Assembly: GCA_964016885.1 (NCBI GenBank)
Contig: OZ024740.1
Location: forward strand, 233,616,001-233,680,000
DNA: 64,000 bases
From: Eledone cirrhosa
Taxonomy: Eukaryota
Direction of reading: 5' to 3'
In this document: piece after piece, positions 13,626 to 29,647 of the stretch
Layout: every line of letters begins with the position of its first letter
Numbering within the stretch: the first letter of the stretch is position 1
Translations under genes and position numbers: made by a program
Notes under the pieces: generated by a model
Told to the model about the DNA's origin: nothing
The model's database searches: none
What the model saw: only the letters and a program-made list of their open reading frames with translations

Positions 13626-14651
13626 ATCATCTCCATTATCTATACAAACCTCTTTCTCATTTTCTTCCTCATCTTGTTTACCCTCCCCTCCTACCCACTC
13701 CCTCATCGTCGTCGTCATCATTATCTTCATCATTATCATCGACATCGACATCCCCCCCCCCCACCATCATCAATATCTAACCTCATTATTATGGTTTAGC
13801 CCTTACAAACAGCCAGGAGCAAAGAGGCTTCTTAATCAGTTGACAGAGCAGTTTTTGTGATATACAAGCCACATCTTCACCAAACTTCCCAAACTTCGTC
13901 AAAACAAGGAAATATATAAACTACTAATAGCGTAGTGTGCAGTTGTTCAACCTGGTGAAAATAGCAAAAACTTCTCCCGTAACAGAATATTGATATTATT
14001 CTCTTTGCAAGGACTCCTATATGAGCTACAAGTGTGTTTCTACGTACTCACTTCTGGGTGACGAAACAACTGAATTTGCTTGAACAAAGTCCTTGTTGTC
14101 TGCCTCATTTAAATCTAGCAAGCTGAACAGCTGTTAGGATAGAGGTGTTTTTTTATCAGCATAGGTGTGTTCCTTCATCTTAGGCACGTTTCTATCAATA
14201 TTGATATTCTTCTATCGACATAGTTAAGCTTCTATCAACATCGGTGTGTTTCGGATATTAAATAATATTTATCATAATTTCAAGTTTGATGTAGTAATTA
14301 CTGTAAAGGCTAAGTTCAACTCTGAGTCAACACATTTATAATCAAAGACATTCCCGTTGTGCCCGACGCAACTTTTTTAATGTCTATGACGTCATTGTAT
14401 GATATATTATTCCGTAGGTTACACAAGCAGGTCGAGTTTCGCATTAGCTCACATATCTCATGCAGATTGTTCATTGACACGGGTTATATGTTATACGCAC
14501 AATATCTTCTTCATAAGCTGCCTAGACAAAATGAATCTGGTTTCATCCTCCGAATACCAACCATACGTACGGGATCTCGGAGGGAATGAACTTAGTTTTG
14601 TTTTGCCAAGAATCTAACCCGAACGAACCCAACTACTCAGACCTCTGTGAT

Positions 14652-14834
14652 AATTGTTTCTACTTTTGGCACAAGGCTAGCAATTACACCATTGCATTAC
14701 TGGTGCTTCATCTTATCGACCCCGTAAGGATGAAAGGCAAAGTTAACCTAGGCGGGATTTGAACTCAAAACGTAAAGGGCCATAACTCTATGCTTCAAAT
14801 CATGGTGCAACATCCTCTACCGATACTGCCAATC
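14652..14834 (-). mobile_element. SINE family 1
   Basis: Reverse-complement match to the family body and ends. Confidence 0.9.
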
Positions 14835-15406
14835 TGATATCGTGTTTATCATTTTGCCATGATTAATAGATGATATTACTCAGTCAATCCACTAGAGATA
14901 AACATCGGAAATATATTGGAAATATCGATTGAATATTAAGCGTAAGTGGGAGCTCTTCTGACAAGTGACAGAACAAGATGACGCAAGATTCGAAGCGAGA
15001 GAATGAGAAATGAATCAGTGTGCATAGGATATGTGATGGTGGAGAGTATACGTAAACTGGTTTAAGAAATGCCATAACATAATGATTGATACTCCCAAGG
15101 GCATATGTAGGTCAAAAGCACACTTGCAATGTGGTAGTTTAAATAAGATATATGAGAAATCTACATAGCAGATGTAACTTAGGACAGATTTAGCTAGCTG
15201 GAAAACACTACACCTAAAAACACTTATCCAACCCATACACGATATGAAAATGCAGATGTGGAAACGTAATTAGCACTACAAATATATATAACGATATTTC
15301 AAACATACATGTGTGTATAGTCAGAATTATCAAATACACACTGCATGTATTGTATATAATGAGTGGATAGATATAATATGGAATAGTTAACACACACACA
15401 CACACA

Positions 15407-15482
<76 letters not shown>

Positions 15483-15486
<4 letters not shown>

Positions 15487-15873
15487 TCAGCGAGAATCGC
15501 ATTTCGGCGCGTAGAAAAAGCGAAACGTATCGCAAATTCCGAGTCATGCTGGCAAGCGCTCCATGGGCTAAAAGACCAGAGCAATAAACATAGGTTATAA
15601 AGGCCATACAAACTGAGAAGGCGGTCAAGAAGCTATAGACCACCCAAGCCAAAAACAAGTCAAGCTAAACAGGTCAGACAAAATAAATGACATCCTAAAC
15701 CGACGGTAGTCCGGTTTAGTAATATTGTTGTCTTAGTGATTTCGTTGGCAATCGTCTCTTTACAGCATTATTAGATAATAATATATATATGGCAGGGTCA
15801 TATTGTTGTAATAATATTGCCAGAATTAATAACACAACACACTCACTGTTTGGTTGGGACATAATATATAAAT

Positions 15874-15967
<94 letters not shown>

Positions 15968-16096
15968 ACTAAATAAAGACCAGAGCAATAAACATAGGCT
16001 ATAGAGGCCAAACAAACTGAGATAGCGGTCAAGAAGCCATCAACCACCTAAGCCAAAAAGTCACACAAGCCAAACAGGGCAAACAAAATAAATGAA

Positions 16097-16098
<2 letters not shown>
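15483..16098. mobile_element. (TA)n-embedded composite repeat: an approximately 130-bp segment duplicated (15565-15692 and 15966-16097) plus a segment related to 18742-19150
   Basis: AAAGACCAGAGCAATAAACATAGG...ACAAAATAAATGA occurs twice; ATATTGTTGTAATAA...ACACACTCACT is shared with 18755-18805. Confidence 0.55.
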
Positions 16099-16190
<92 letters not shown>

Positions 16191-16510
16191 ATTTGAAATG
16201 CGAGCGCCCGAAAGCGAATTACCACAATAATGCTCGATTTTTGTAATTAATAGTTGAGAAACTTTGCTAAAATACCACTGGAGTTGGAAAACGTGGACAT
16301 AAATGCCCTCAACGAAACGAAACCCACATCCGATGCAGGTTCGATTCCATGCAAGCGCCTCTGTCCACCCTCAACAAGGATACTTCAACCGATTTCCTCA
16401 ACTATTATTTAAAGTGATCAGTTATCATTACAGGCGTTTGCGTTGCGACATTTCAAGCTTTTTCATTGCTTCTTATGCAAACGTCTTTGCAAACACCCAC
16501 TGATATATAT

Positions 16511-16815
16511 TCTTCTTCTTCTTCTTCTTCTTCTTCTTCTTCTTCTTCTTCTTCTTCTTCTTCTTCTTCTTCTTCTTCTTCTTCTTCTTCTTCTTCTTCT
16601 TCCTGAGAATGTCGTGAGGGCAGAGTTCTCAAACACTCCTTCCAACGTGTGCTGTCAAAAGCAAACGTCTCCAACTGATACGACTGTATCCCCAAGCGAC
16701 ACTAGCCAAGCTGATGGATGGTATTTAACCATCTTGCTCGAGGTCTGCCCCTGGGTCACCTGCCAGTTGGTTCTACCCGTACAATCTATCCAGCGAATCT
16801 TTCCTGATGCATTCT
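16511..16815 (-). mobile_element. RTE-clade LINE 3' end with (GAA)n tail
   Basis: Minus strand decays to ..PTGR*PRGRPRARWLNTI..LGIQSYQLETFAFDSTRWKECL, the RGRPR..W..DR..W C-terminus typical of RTE, then a long (GAA)n. Confidence 0.75.
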
Positions 16816-17033
16816 AACCACATGCCCATAGTATAGGAGCTGTGATATCTCGAGAAAAGAAGTAGGTATAAAAGTCAAATTCGCTAACTTCAATTCGGTA
16901 TTCGTGCAACCGTTACCTATAGTCTTGAATCTTGAGTAATGGCCGAAAGAATAGGATCGCTAGTACAAGTAACGTTACTCGATCGTGTGCGTAGCTCGTA
17001 GATCAATAATCCGCTACATCTCCGAATTGAAAT

Positions 17034-17088
<55 letters not shown>

Positions 17089-17186
17089 ATTAAATAAATG
17101 GAAAACTATGTGAAAACTATGTCGAGTGCTTTTATATCAGTTATAAATATTTACTAGTTGTAACCCAACAATTTTAAATATAACTT

Positions 17187-17505
<319 letters not shown>

Positions 17506-17529
17506 ATGTGTGTGAGAGAGAGAGAGGGA

Positions 17530-17581
17530 GAAAAATACCTGAATGTAAATAAATGGGATGTTTTACAGAGCAGGAATATAA

Positions 17582-17643
<62 letters not shown>

Positions 17644-18421
17644 AAAATGGAGTGTTGCGTGGTTGCACATGGGTTACATATAAATAAAATTAGTCCTTCA
17701 TCTCTCGTCCATGAATTCATCAAGCTTAAGCTTACAGATATCATGTACTTGTCTCTTCCTATCTTTCCGTTGCAATACCATCAATGTTTGTTTACATGTC
17801 TCGCTCGTTTAACCGTATTTTACTTGTCCCAATAACTTTATTTGGTTATTGGTCGCACCAACCAGAGTTATATGATTTTTAAAGCGATGAAATACCAATG
17901 AAGGTTGGAAGATCACTGATGAAGGACTAATTTTATTCATATGTAACCCATGTTTTAGATTTATATTTTTTTCCTCAGCTGCGATTGTCTGTTTCTTTCT
18001 TACTGCTTCCCCTCTCTCTGTATCTGTCACCTTCTTTTTACCCACTCTGCCAGTCACACTCCCTCTCGGCTGGCCTCTTCCTCACACTTCCACTCACTCA
18101 CTCTGCTTCTCTCCCTCTCTCACTTCCCCCCGTTTGACCTGTGTGAAAACCTTTTCTCGTTCACATCTCACCCATGGCGGATGGTCTGTATCTCTCGTGC
18201 ATGATTTCACCAAGCTTAAGCTTATAGATATTATGTACTTGTCTCTTCCTATCTTTCCGTTGCAATACCATCATTGTTTGTTTACATGTCTCGCTCGTTT
18301 CACCCTATTTTACTTGTCCCAATAACTTTATTTAGTTATTGCTCGCACCAACCAGAAGTATATGATTTTTAAAGCGATGAAATACCAATGAAAGTTGGAA
18401 GATCACTGATGAAGGACTAAT

Positions 18422-18463
<42 letters not shown>

Positions 18464-18515
18464 TAAATTTATATTCCTGCTCTATAAAATATCCCATTTA
18501 TTTACATTGAGCTAT
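17530..18515. mobile_element. Penelope pseudo-LTR-like composite: direct repeat (17698-17932 / 18189-18422) plus inverted segments and (TA)n
   Basis: Both direct repeats end in CTGATGAAGGACTAATT (hammerhead 5' half only). 17665-17702 is inverted to 17918-17953, and 17532-17588 is inverted to 18463-18517. Confidence 0.55.
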
Positions 18516-18605
18516 TTTTTTTACTGGTAATAAGGTAGTAATGAATTACTGAACTTTCCTGTTTATAGTTGTATATAGTATATACATAACTATAAATAAT
18601 AATAT

Positions 18606-18685
<80 letters not shown>

Positions 18686-18701
18686 GAGAGTCAGAGCCCA
18701 A

Positions 18702-18741
<40 letters not shown>

Positions 18742-19220
18742 GTTATTATTTCTGGCATATTGTTGTAATAACATTGCCATAAATAATAACAGAACACACT
18801 CACTTTCGCTTCTGTATCTTTTATATCTCCATAGTTAATTAATCTACGCCATTTTTATTTCAAAATAAAAATGCATACAATAGAGCAGGGGAAACATGAT
18901 AATAGTACCACTGATGATGTTGTAGATGTGCAACGAAAGAACTTTGTTAGACTATATATATATATTTATATCTGTATTTTTGACCGTTGATCAGTCAGTG
19001 ATAAACATTAATGGCCAAATGAATTAACTATGGAGATACAAAAGATACAGAAGCGAAAACCAACCAAACAGTGAGTGTGTTCTGTTATTATTTCTGCCAA
19101 TATTAGAAACAATTATTTCTGGCAATATTATTACAACAATATGACCCTCCCCAAGTATAACAATATTAGTTTCGACACACGATTTCATATAAAAAACCTT
19201 GCAAAACAAATTCATCACCG

Positions 19221-19222
<2 letters not shown>
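18742..19222. mobile_element. (TA)n-flanked inverted-repeat element with a degenerate hammerhead at 18902-18954 (+)
   Basis: About 18745-18840 is inverted to about 19022-19143; the spacer holds CTGATGA-T-GTTGTA-GATG-TGCAAC-GAAA; stems I and III are imperfect. Confidence 0.55.
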
Positions 19223-19281
<59 letters not shown>

Positions 19282-19521
19282 TATTACATTATAAAGAAAG
19301 AAGAAACATTAGATATAATTAATAAGATATACCATACCCAAATTTTCTTTCCTCCTCGACTACGTAGTTTCGTGGCTTATTATGCAAAAACACTACATCA
19401 CAGAGATGCAGTATTTTTGTGAGGTTTGCCGGTTAAGGTTGGCACCACACAAATTCAGGGATATATGTGGATATATTCATGTCTATGTATGTGTTCGATG
19501 TGACTGTGTATTTATTTATAT

Positions 19522-19590
<69 letters not shown>

Positions 19591-20209
19591 TATATGTAGC
19601 TTTAAACTCACCAAACACCAGATTCCACTACTCACAGCTACCACTGTCATAGCAGCTACAAGATCCACAACACTAACAATTTCTACGCTAATATGCCGTT
19701 CGTAAAGTGTTTCGCTGTTCAATGGCAGCATGTCTACAAGTCTGACATTCTGTAGCAATGAAGTCATATCTTGTGTCAGATTATTCTATGACTGGTCTGT
19801 GTTCTTATCGTTCAACATCAGAATGGTCTGTTGAACTTTTTATATTTAGTAGCATAATCATTTTCGGCGAAAATAGTTATCCTTAAAGGCTCCTATATTT
19901 AGCAGAACTATGAAAGCTTTCTCTATACTTTGAATAACTAAATGTATTCTAAAACCCAGAATTAAGTTCGTTTCGCTTATTTATATATTCTATATTCTAT
20001 TCTCTGTATATTCTCAGACTTGTTCGGAGAAGTGCTTCTGGTCATATATGCTGTTCTTTCTTGTTATATGTGTTGGCGCATGTATCATGTTGAATGTTTA
20101 TACTTTTTTCATAGATATATATATGTGTATATGTATGTATATATGTATATATGTATATATGTATATATGTATATATGTATATATGTATATGTATATATGT
20201 ATATATGTA

Positions 20210-20249
<40 letters not shown>

Positions 20250-20297
20250 ATATATGTATATATATATGTATGTGTATATATATATACACACACACTC

Positions 20298-20988
<691 letters not shown>

Positions 20989-21241
20989 CATATATATATA
21001 TATATATATACATACATATTATATATGGATTCAGAAGAATATATATGAGTCATTGAATGTAATATATACATTAAATGTATTACATAAACATGCATTATAT
21101 GTATGTACAAATAAATGTGCATAAATAAACATTGATTTCTATGGATATATATACATATGTGTATATATATATATATACATATACACATGTATATATACAC
21201 ATGATATCCTATATAAATATATATATATATATATATACATG

Positions 21242-21393
<152 letters not shown>

Positions 21394-22835
21394 ATCACTA
21401 GCATCTTGAATATACAAACATGCCCTTACACATATCTTCAGAAGGAGACGTAGAAATATGCTGATTTTGTTTAATTCCTAAAAATGATGTAGCAACTGGC
21501 AAAGTAGATGTTAATTCTAACCACGTTGCACATTTATTCCAATCCTATTTTGATGCCCTTTCATATATTGATTTGTACATAGATGTTACATTTAGCAAAC
21601 TCACAACGAGTTGGTTGTGAAACGCTGTGATCCATATGTGTAACGTGTAAGCCTCTATATTGCCCAGTAACCTGCTAGAATTATAGCCAAGCTTCGCTCA
21701 AATATATCCACCGTTCACTTAAATATGAAAATCTACGCTGGCTATTTCTGTGTGACACCTAAATGAACTGGTTATGTTTACATTGCTGGTCAGAGAATAG
21801 ACACAAATGATTTGACTGATAGGTAGAAGATCAGTTTGTAATTAAACAGGTTGGTATTGTTCGATTTGAGTTATATGTTTCAGTGTGCTGAAAACAGCCC
21901 TTGGACGAATTTATTATTTTTTAATAGATATCTAAGAAATGAGATGCCCTAGAAACGAAAAACTACAATTACAATATTCGAAATTTCAGCAATGTTTCAC
22001 GATATGGCTGTAGATGTATGTGTTATAGTTAGCCCGTTTAAAGCAACAAACGCCACAAAAGAAAAATATGAGGATAATTTCTTACGGTATACCGTTGCAT
22101 GTAGTGATATTATATTTGAAGACTTTGCTCTGCAGTAAATAACATCTAATAGCATTTGGCTGACTATGTGTTGTAAGGCCTCCTTAGGTCCCTAAGAAAT
22201 ACTCTAACATAGAGCACTTTTAATGTTACAGGCTTTATCAGAGAACCCCCCCCCCCCAAAAAAAAAAGATGTTTGCCTTAATTGGAATAGGTTGGAAAAT
22301 TATGACAACTGTTCCTTTACTTTATTGGCGTAATGTTGAATCCATACATAAAGAAATCCAAAGGGACAAGTGAAACGTATACCACATCGTTTTATATACA
22401 AAGAACTGTTACATTCACGAATGTCAGGTATTGCTTCTGCTAAACACAAACTCCTCCAAGAAATTATGTAAGAAACAGTTATTTCTTGATTAATTGATTA
22501 ACAAACCGATAGTCGCCAGTAGTCTACAATCATTTGCAAATTGAATGTACTCTGTACTCTGCCTGTGAGTCAGCAAGCAGTATGATCACTAATATATGGT
22601 ATTCAATTTTACCTGTCTTTCCTATCTAGCTATCTTACACACTGCCAAGACTTTTCTCTAATTATTCCACCGAAACATTTATCCCACAAAACAACATCTT
22701 GGAATTCTCTACCTGCCCACTTTATTTTCCTACTATACTTCAGACTGAACATTAACCGCATCGACATCAACTGTCTGGGAGAGCCGGCAAAGTTTATGAG
22801 TATTGTTCGTCTTCCCACACGAAAATGTGAAATCA

Positions 22836-22884
<49 letters not shown>

Positions 22885-23445
22885 AGTGTCAGCTGCCAAG
22901 CACAACATCACCAGTTAACATATAGCTATTGTTTGTCTGTTTAAACAATCACTCGTCACTAGTCATCATCTCTCAGAAGATAACCTTTCTTTTATCAATC
23001 TTCTATCCCCACCCTCTCTTTCATGTCCCATGACCTACCTCTTTAAACTTCCTTCTGCATCTATTTTTTTCGCTCCCTATTTATGATGTCAATATTTGTT
23101 TCCTTCTCCATACCGTAAACCTCCTAGTACAACTTTCATTGGAAGAATACTGATTCAGGAACATCTACATAAACACTTTGCTCATTATCCTTCTATTTCT
23201 CCTTAGATTTCCTCCTCATTACCGTCATTATCTTCAGCATAACAACAATAATAACTTTTATCATTATCATGATCATCATCATCATCATCATCAGAAGCTG
23301 TATAAGCAGTTGTAATATCTCGATCGTCATCCTCATCACCACTACCATCATTATCTTCGTCATCATCAAATATTCCTTTATGTTTTACATTTTGTTCTCC
23401 ATATATTTCATTCACTGCATCACTCTCACTCTCTCCCCATTTATA

Positions 23446-23518
<73 letters not shown>

Positions 23519-23605
23519 ACACACAGACACACACACAGACACACACACACACACGCACGCACACACACACACACACAGACACACATACACACACACACAC
23601 GCGCG

Positions 23606-23716
<111 letters not shown>

Positions 23717-26519
23717 CTTCAAACCAACATATCCTCATTCCCTCTCCCAAACATCACTTATTGCTACGTCATTCGGTCACACTTTTCTTCAAGTGTTGTT
23801 TGTTTTTGTTCTCTTGTTCATTTGAGTTAGCAGACAGCGGCCGAGACATAGGTTCAGATTCAATCCAGGCTGGTCGCCATCTTGTCCAACTCTTTATGTT
23901 CCAAATACACAAACGAAACTAGTGTTGCGATGCTGTTATCAGCGACCTCTAGCGAACTTGCTAAACAAAAAAGACTCTTTCCCCCTTCCCCTAATGTTGT
24001 TGGTGGCAGAATAGAAAACGATAAGACATTTTATTTATGCTAACAACGTTTTTTTTTTTTTCTACCGTTTCCGATATTTCTCTTCATGGTGGTTAGTTTT
24101 CGCTTTGATGGAATATATAATTGAGGGCGAGACCAAATGCTTTTGTATTTCTTGCTGTTTGTGGGGAGCTTTCTTTATCGTACAAGAGGTATAAGAGGCG
24201 TCATAACGACCCCATCCCACTTTAAACTGGCTACAAAAGACCTCTCATTCCAATTTAGTTGAAACAATGGGTTGGCTTATCGCCTTGTTTTTGTTGGCAG
24301 TTTGGAATGCATTGCTATATACGTATGTATTTGTATGCATATATATATATATATGTGTGTATGTGTGTGTGTGTATGTGTGTGTGTGTGTGTATATGTGT
24401 ACGTGTGTGTGTGTGTGTGTACGTGTGTTTTGTACGTGTGTGTACGTACGTGTGTGTATTTATGTACGTATATGCATGATTGTATGTGTGTTTGAGAAAG
24501 TAAGGGAGCAAACAGTAGGAAATGAGAGGATGTGAAGTAAATAATTTCAAGAGGAATATAAATAAAATTCAATTTAATTAAAGTTAAGAAAAAACAAAAT
24601 TTTCATTTTTTTTTCTTCTTTGCTTTGTTTATTTTATTGTTTTTTATTCAATTTAATTTTATTTCTCTTGTGATCGTCTCACTGAGATATTGTGGAAACA
24701 GTCGCAGATTTCTATCTGGCAAATTTCGGTGAAAAATTAAGTGACTGTTTCGTAACAAATGCAGCAGATTGAAATATGTAAACATCAAATAAGATCTTTA
24801 TTTCGTATTTCTGCGTCTGTCAGTGAGTAACATACATATTAGACCATGGGTTCACAAAATGGCTGATGTCGAATTGATTACCCAGATAATCGATTGAACT
24901 TTGGGGCCAAAATGTGTCAATAATATAGAAAATGAAAATACTTCCTTCGTAAAATAATATCACAAAACATCATGATTATATAGGCTCTTGATGCATATTC
25001 TATATTAGTCTTCTTCTTCTTCTTCTTCTTCTTCTTCTTCTTCTTCTTCTTCTTCTTCTTCTTCTTCTTCTTCTTCTTCTTCTTCTTCTTCTTCTTCATA
25101 GTTTATAGACTTTATTTTCATGTGACTAATTGCATATTTGAAGGAATTACTTATCCCCTCAAATAGCACAAGGAGACACTAATATCGGGAATAATTCGCT
25201 TGTTCAAAGCGTATTCCATCAGTGAGTGCAATTAAATATATGTTTATGAATTAAACTGCATAATTCAAGGTCCAATATATTGAGATCATTTAGCAGAAGG
25301 AGAGATGGGATAACTGAAATGAATACAAGTGTTTCACTATATATTATTTTATGTAAAGCGTGGTATTTACCTGCGTGATGGCGTACATGAGTCATTTAGG
25401 TTTGAAATTGCAAGACGATGCCTTAGATTAAATCATGTGGCGAATTTGAATAGGAGGACACTTCGTCTATTGATCCTGAGTTCGTTTTAAATGTAACCTA
25501 AAAACACAAAAGCTTAAATCGGATAATATTTCCCGAATTGACAAGCAAATAACATTGTTACATAATCATTTTAAGGTTCTCTGCCTTCTTAGGAATAAGT
25601 GGAGGAAGAAGTAGACAAAGAAGATAATGAAGAAGCAATGTTAGGGCTTCATTTCAAGACCTTGTGGAGGGAAACCGAACGTCTTTTTGTATTAAAATAA
25701 CTGAGATAGGAATTGTATGTACGTTTGTGTATTTAAATTTGGAAGAGTTACAGACAGTGTTAATTTCACAATTACCAAACCATACTTTGAGAACACTCGT
25801 TTCAACTAAAGGAGATTATCAATTCGGGTATGGGTATGATGTGAGTTGCTCACATTATAACCAACACACCATCAAATTCCCTAATTAACTGTGTATATGT
25901 ATGTGCGTGTGTATCTATGTGTGTATGTATGTATGTATGTATGTATGTATGTATGTATGTATGTATGTGTGTGTGTGTGTGTGTGTGTATCTATGTGTGT
26001 ATGTTTGTATGTGTGTGTGTGTATCTATGTGTGTATGTATGTATGTATGTATGTATGTATGTATGTATGTATGTATGTATGTGTATGTGTGTGTATCTAT
26101 GTATGTATGTATGTATGTATGTATGTATGTATGTATGTATGTATGTATGTATGTGCATGTGTGAGAGAGTATCTATGTGTGTATGTTATGTATGGAGAGT
26201 GAAAAGCCCCCAGTTGTTGTCACTACACCTTTCTAAGAGGGAAAAAAACCTGCAGCTTCGGAAGCATCCGATGATGTTGACCAGCTCTCCTTTTCGGGTA
26301 GTGTTTTCGATGCTCAGAGAGTGGGGTTGGTTGAGTGCAAGGCCTTTCCCCACTTTAAAAACCCTTCAAAGCACAGGCATTGCTTCTTCAGGATATGTCA
26401 CAGGTTTGTGTGGCTGGCTGTAGCCTAAAAGTGCCCCATTTTCTGTAATCTGACAAGCGATTGCAATACTCTTAGCAGAGTTTGCAACCATCATGTATGT
26501 ATGTATGTATGTATGTATG

Positions 26520-28782
26520 TACGAATGTATTATGTATAAATGTATATATGTATGTATGTTCGCATGTATTATGTATATATGTATGTATGTTTGTATGTAC
26601 GCATGTATTATGTATATATGTATGTATGTTTGTATGTTCGCATGTATTATGTATATATGTATGTATGTACGCATGTATTATGTATATATGTATATATGTA
26701 CGCATGTATTATGTATATATGTATATATGTATATATGTATGTATGTTCGCATGTATTATGTATATATGTATGTATGTATGTATGTTCGCATGTATTATGT
26801 ATATATGTATGTATGTTCGCATGTATTATGTATATATGTATGTATGTTCGCATGTATTATGTATATATGTATGTATGTTTGTATGTTCGAATGTATTATG
26901 TATATATGTATGTATGTTTGTATGTTCGCATGTATTATGTATATATGTATGTATGTTCGCATGTATTATGTATATATGTATGTATGTTCGCATGTATTAT
27001 GTATATATGTATGTTTGTATGTACGCATGTATTATGTATATATGTATGTATGTTCGCATGTATTATGTATATATGTATGTATGTTCGCATGTATTATGTA
27101 TATATGTATGTTTGTATGTACGCATGTATTATGTATATATGTATGTATGCATGTCCGCATATATTATGTATATATGTATGTATGTTTGTATGTTCGCATG
27201 TATTATGTATATATGTATGTATGTGTGTATGTTCGCATGTATTATGTATATATGTATGTATGTTCGCATGTATTATGTATATATGTATGTATGTTTGTAT
27301 GTTCGCATGTATTATGTATATATGTATGTATGTATGTATGTATGTTCGCATGTATTATGTATATATGTATGTATGTATGTTCGCATGTATTATGTATATA
27401 TGTATGTATGTATGTATGTTCGCATGTATTATGTATATATATATGTATGTATGTTCGCATGTATTATGTATATATTTATGTATGTATGTTCGCATGTATT
27501 ATGTATATATGTATGTTCGCATGTATTATGTATATATGTATGTATGTATGTATGTTCGCATGTATTATGTATATATGTATGTATGTATATATGTTCGCAT
27601 GTATTATGTATATATGTATGTATGTTTGTATGTTCGCATATATTATGTATATATGTATGTATGTATCTATGTTCGCTTGTATTATGTATATATGTATGTA
27701 TCTATGTTCGTATGTATTATGTATATATGTATGTATGTTTGTATGTTCGCATGTATTATGTATATACGTATGTATGTTTGTATGTTCGCATGTATTATGT
27801 ATATATGTATGTTTGTATGTACGCATGTATTATGTATATATGTATATATGTATGTCTGTACGCATGTATTATGTATATATGTATGTATGTTTGTATGTTC
27901 GCATGTATTATGTATATATGTATGCATATATGTTCGCATGTATTATGCATATATGTATGTATGTTTGTATGTTCGCATGTATTATGTATATATGTATGTA
28001 TGTTTGTATGTTCGCATGTATTATGTATATATATATGAATGTTTGTATGTACGTATGTATTATGTATATATGTATGTATGTATGTATGTTCGCATGTATT
28101 ATGTATATATGTATGTATATTTGTATGTTCGCATGTATTATGTATGTATGTATATATGTATGCATGTACGTATGTATTATGTATATATGTATGTATGTTC
28201 GCATGTATTATGTATATATGTATGTATGTTTGTATGTTCGCATGTATTATGTATATATGTATGTATGTTTGTATGTTCGCATGTATTATGTATATATGTA
28301 TGTATGTTTGTATGTTCGCATGTATTATGTATATATGTATGTTTGTATGTTCGCATGTATTGTGTATATATGTATGTTTGTATGTACGCATGTATTATGT
28401 ATATATATATATGTATGTTTGTATGTACGCATGTATTATATATATATGTATGTATGTTTGTATGTACGCATGTATTATGTATATATGTATGTATGTATGT
28501 ATGTTCGCATGTATTATGTATATATATATGTATGTATGTTCGCATGTATTATGTATATATGTATGTATGTTTGTATGTTCGTATGTATTATGTATATATG
28601 TATGTATGTACGCATGTATTATGTAAATATGTATGTATGTATGTACGCTTGTATTATGTATATATGTATGTATGTATGTTCGCATGTATTATGTATATAT
28701 GTATGTATGTTTGTATGTTCGCATGTATTATGTATATATGTATGTATGTTTGTATGTTCGCATGTATTATGTATATATGTAT
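26520..28782. repeat. About 2.3-kb minisatellite, 24-36-bp unit TATGTTCGCATGTATTATGTATATATG(TATG)n
   Basis: Seen directly; accounts for the 500-770 aa MYVC pseudo-ORFs. Confidence 0.95.
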
Positions 28783-28783
28783 G

Positions 28784-28970
28784 GGCGGTGCATTGGCAGT
28801 ATCGGTAGAGAGTCGGACGCCATGCTTTCCAGCATAGTTACGTCCCTTTACGCTCTGAGTTCAAATCCCACCGAGGTTAACTTTGCCTTTCATCCTTACG
28901 GGGTCGATAAAATAAAGTACTAGTAATGCACTGGGTAAATGCCTGCCTTGTGCCTAAACTAGAAACAATT
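28784..28970 (+). mobile_element. SINE family 1 at the end of the minisatellite, TSD ATTATGTATATATGTATG
   Basis: Full-length family match with a flanking direct repeat. Confidence 0.9.
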
Positions 28971-29600
28971 ATGTATATATGTATGCATGCTTGTATGTAC
29001 TCATGTATTATGTATGTATGCATGTATCTATGTATCTATGTATGTGTGTGTATGTGTGTATGTAAACATTAGTTGGTAACTCATTCGATGTCTTTCTGTT
29101 TGTACAGTGCATGTACAACAGATGAAGTACCTCCAAGGAGGATCGAAACAGTGTTACATATTACGATTAGCTGGGGACTTCAGATTTTAGAATATGCTTT
29201 AAGTATTCAGGTAAAAAATAATTCAGTCATACTTATGAAAATGTATGACTAATGAAGGGAAATAATTGGAAGAACAAAATATCTGCTTCTTCCATACATT
29301 ACTCCCGTCACGTTGGTGTATTATATCTTTGTATGTGATTCGTCTGCCTGCATGTGTGAGAGAGAGAGAAATATATTGTGATATTGTGATATTCTGATAA
29401 AGTGTTTTATTACTTCTTCTAACTACTATATTTTATTAATATATATATATATGTGTTAGGTTTTATTATATATATATTTCCCCCTTTCACTCATTCTCGT
29501 ACTCTCTCTCGCTCTCTCTCTATCTCTATCTCCCTCGCTCTATCTCTATCTCCCTCTCTCTCTCTCTCTCTTTCTCTTTTTCTCACCCTTTCTCTCTGTC

Positions 29601-29638
<38 letters not shown>

Positions 29639-29647
29639 TACATATGT

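Noticed and set aside
19516-19840. Possible minus-strand exon ending at a GTGAGT donor
   Set aside because: In-frame stop upstream and no recognisable protein similarity.
21950-22620. Possible decayed transposase coding sequence (also 25130-25880)
   Set aside because: Looks coding-like but has many stops and no motif I can identify; needs BLASTX.
26482-28837. 500-770 aa ORFs or a CRISPR-like repeat-spacer array
   Set aside because: Eukaryotic minisatellite; spacers are TATG variants rather than unique sequences, and there are no cas genes.
29105-29165. Hammerhead-like CAGATGA..CCTCC-AA-GGAGG..GAAAC
   Set aside because: Core reads CAGA rather than CUGA and no stem I can be formed.
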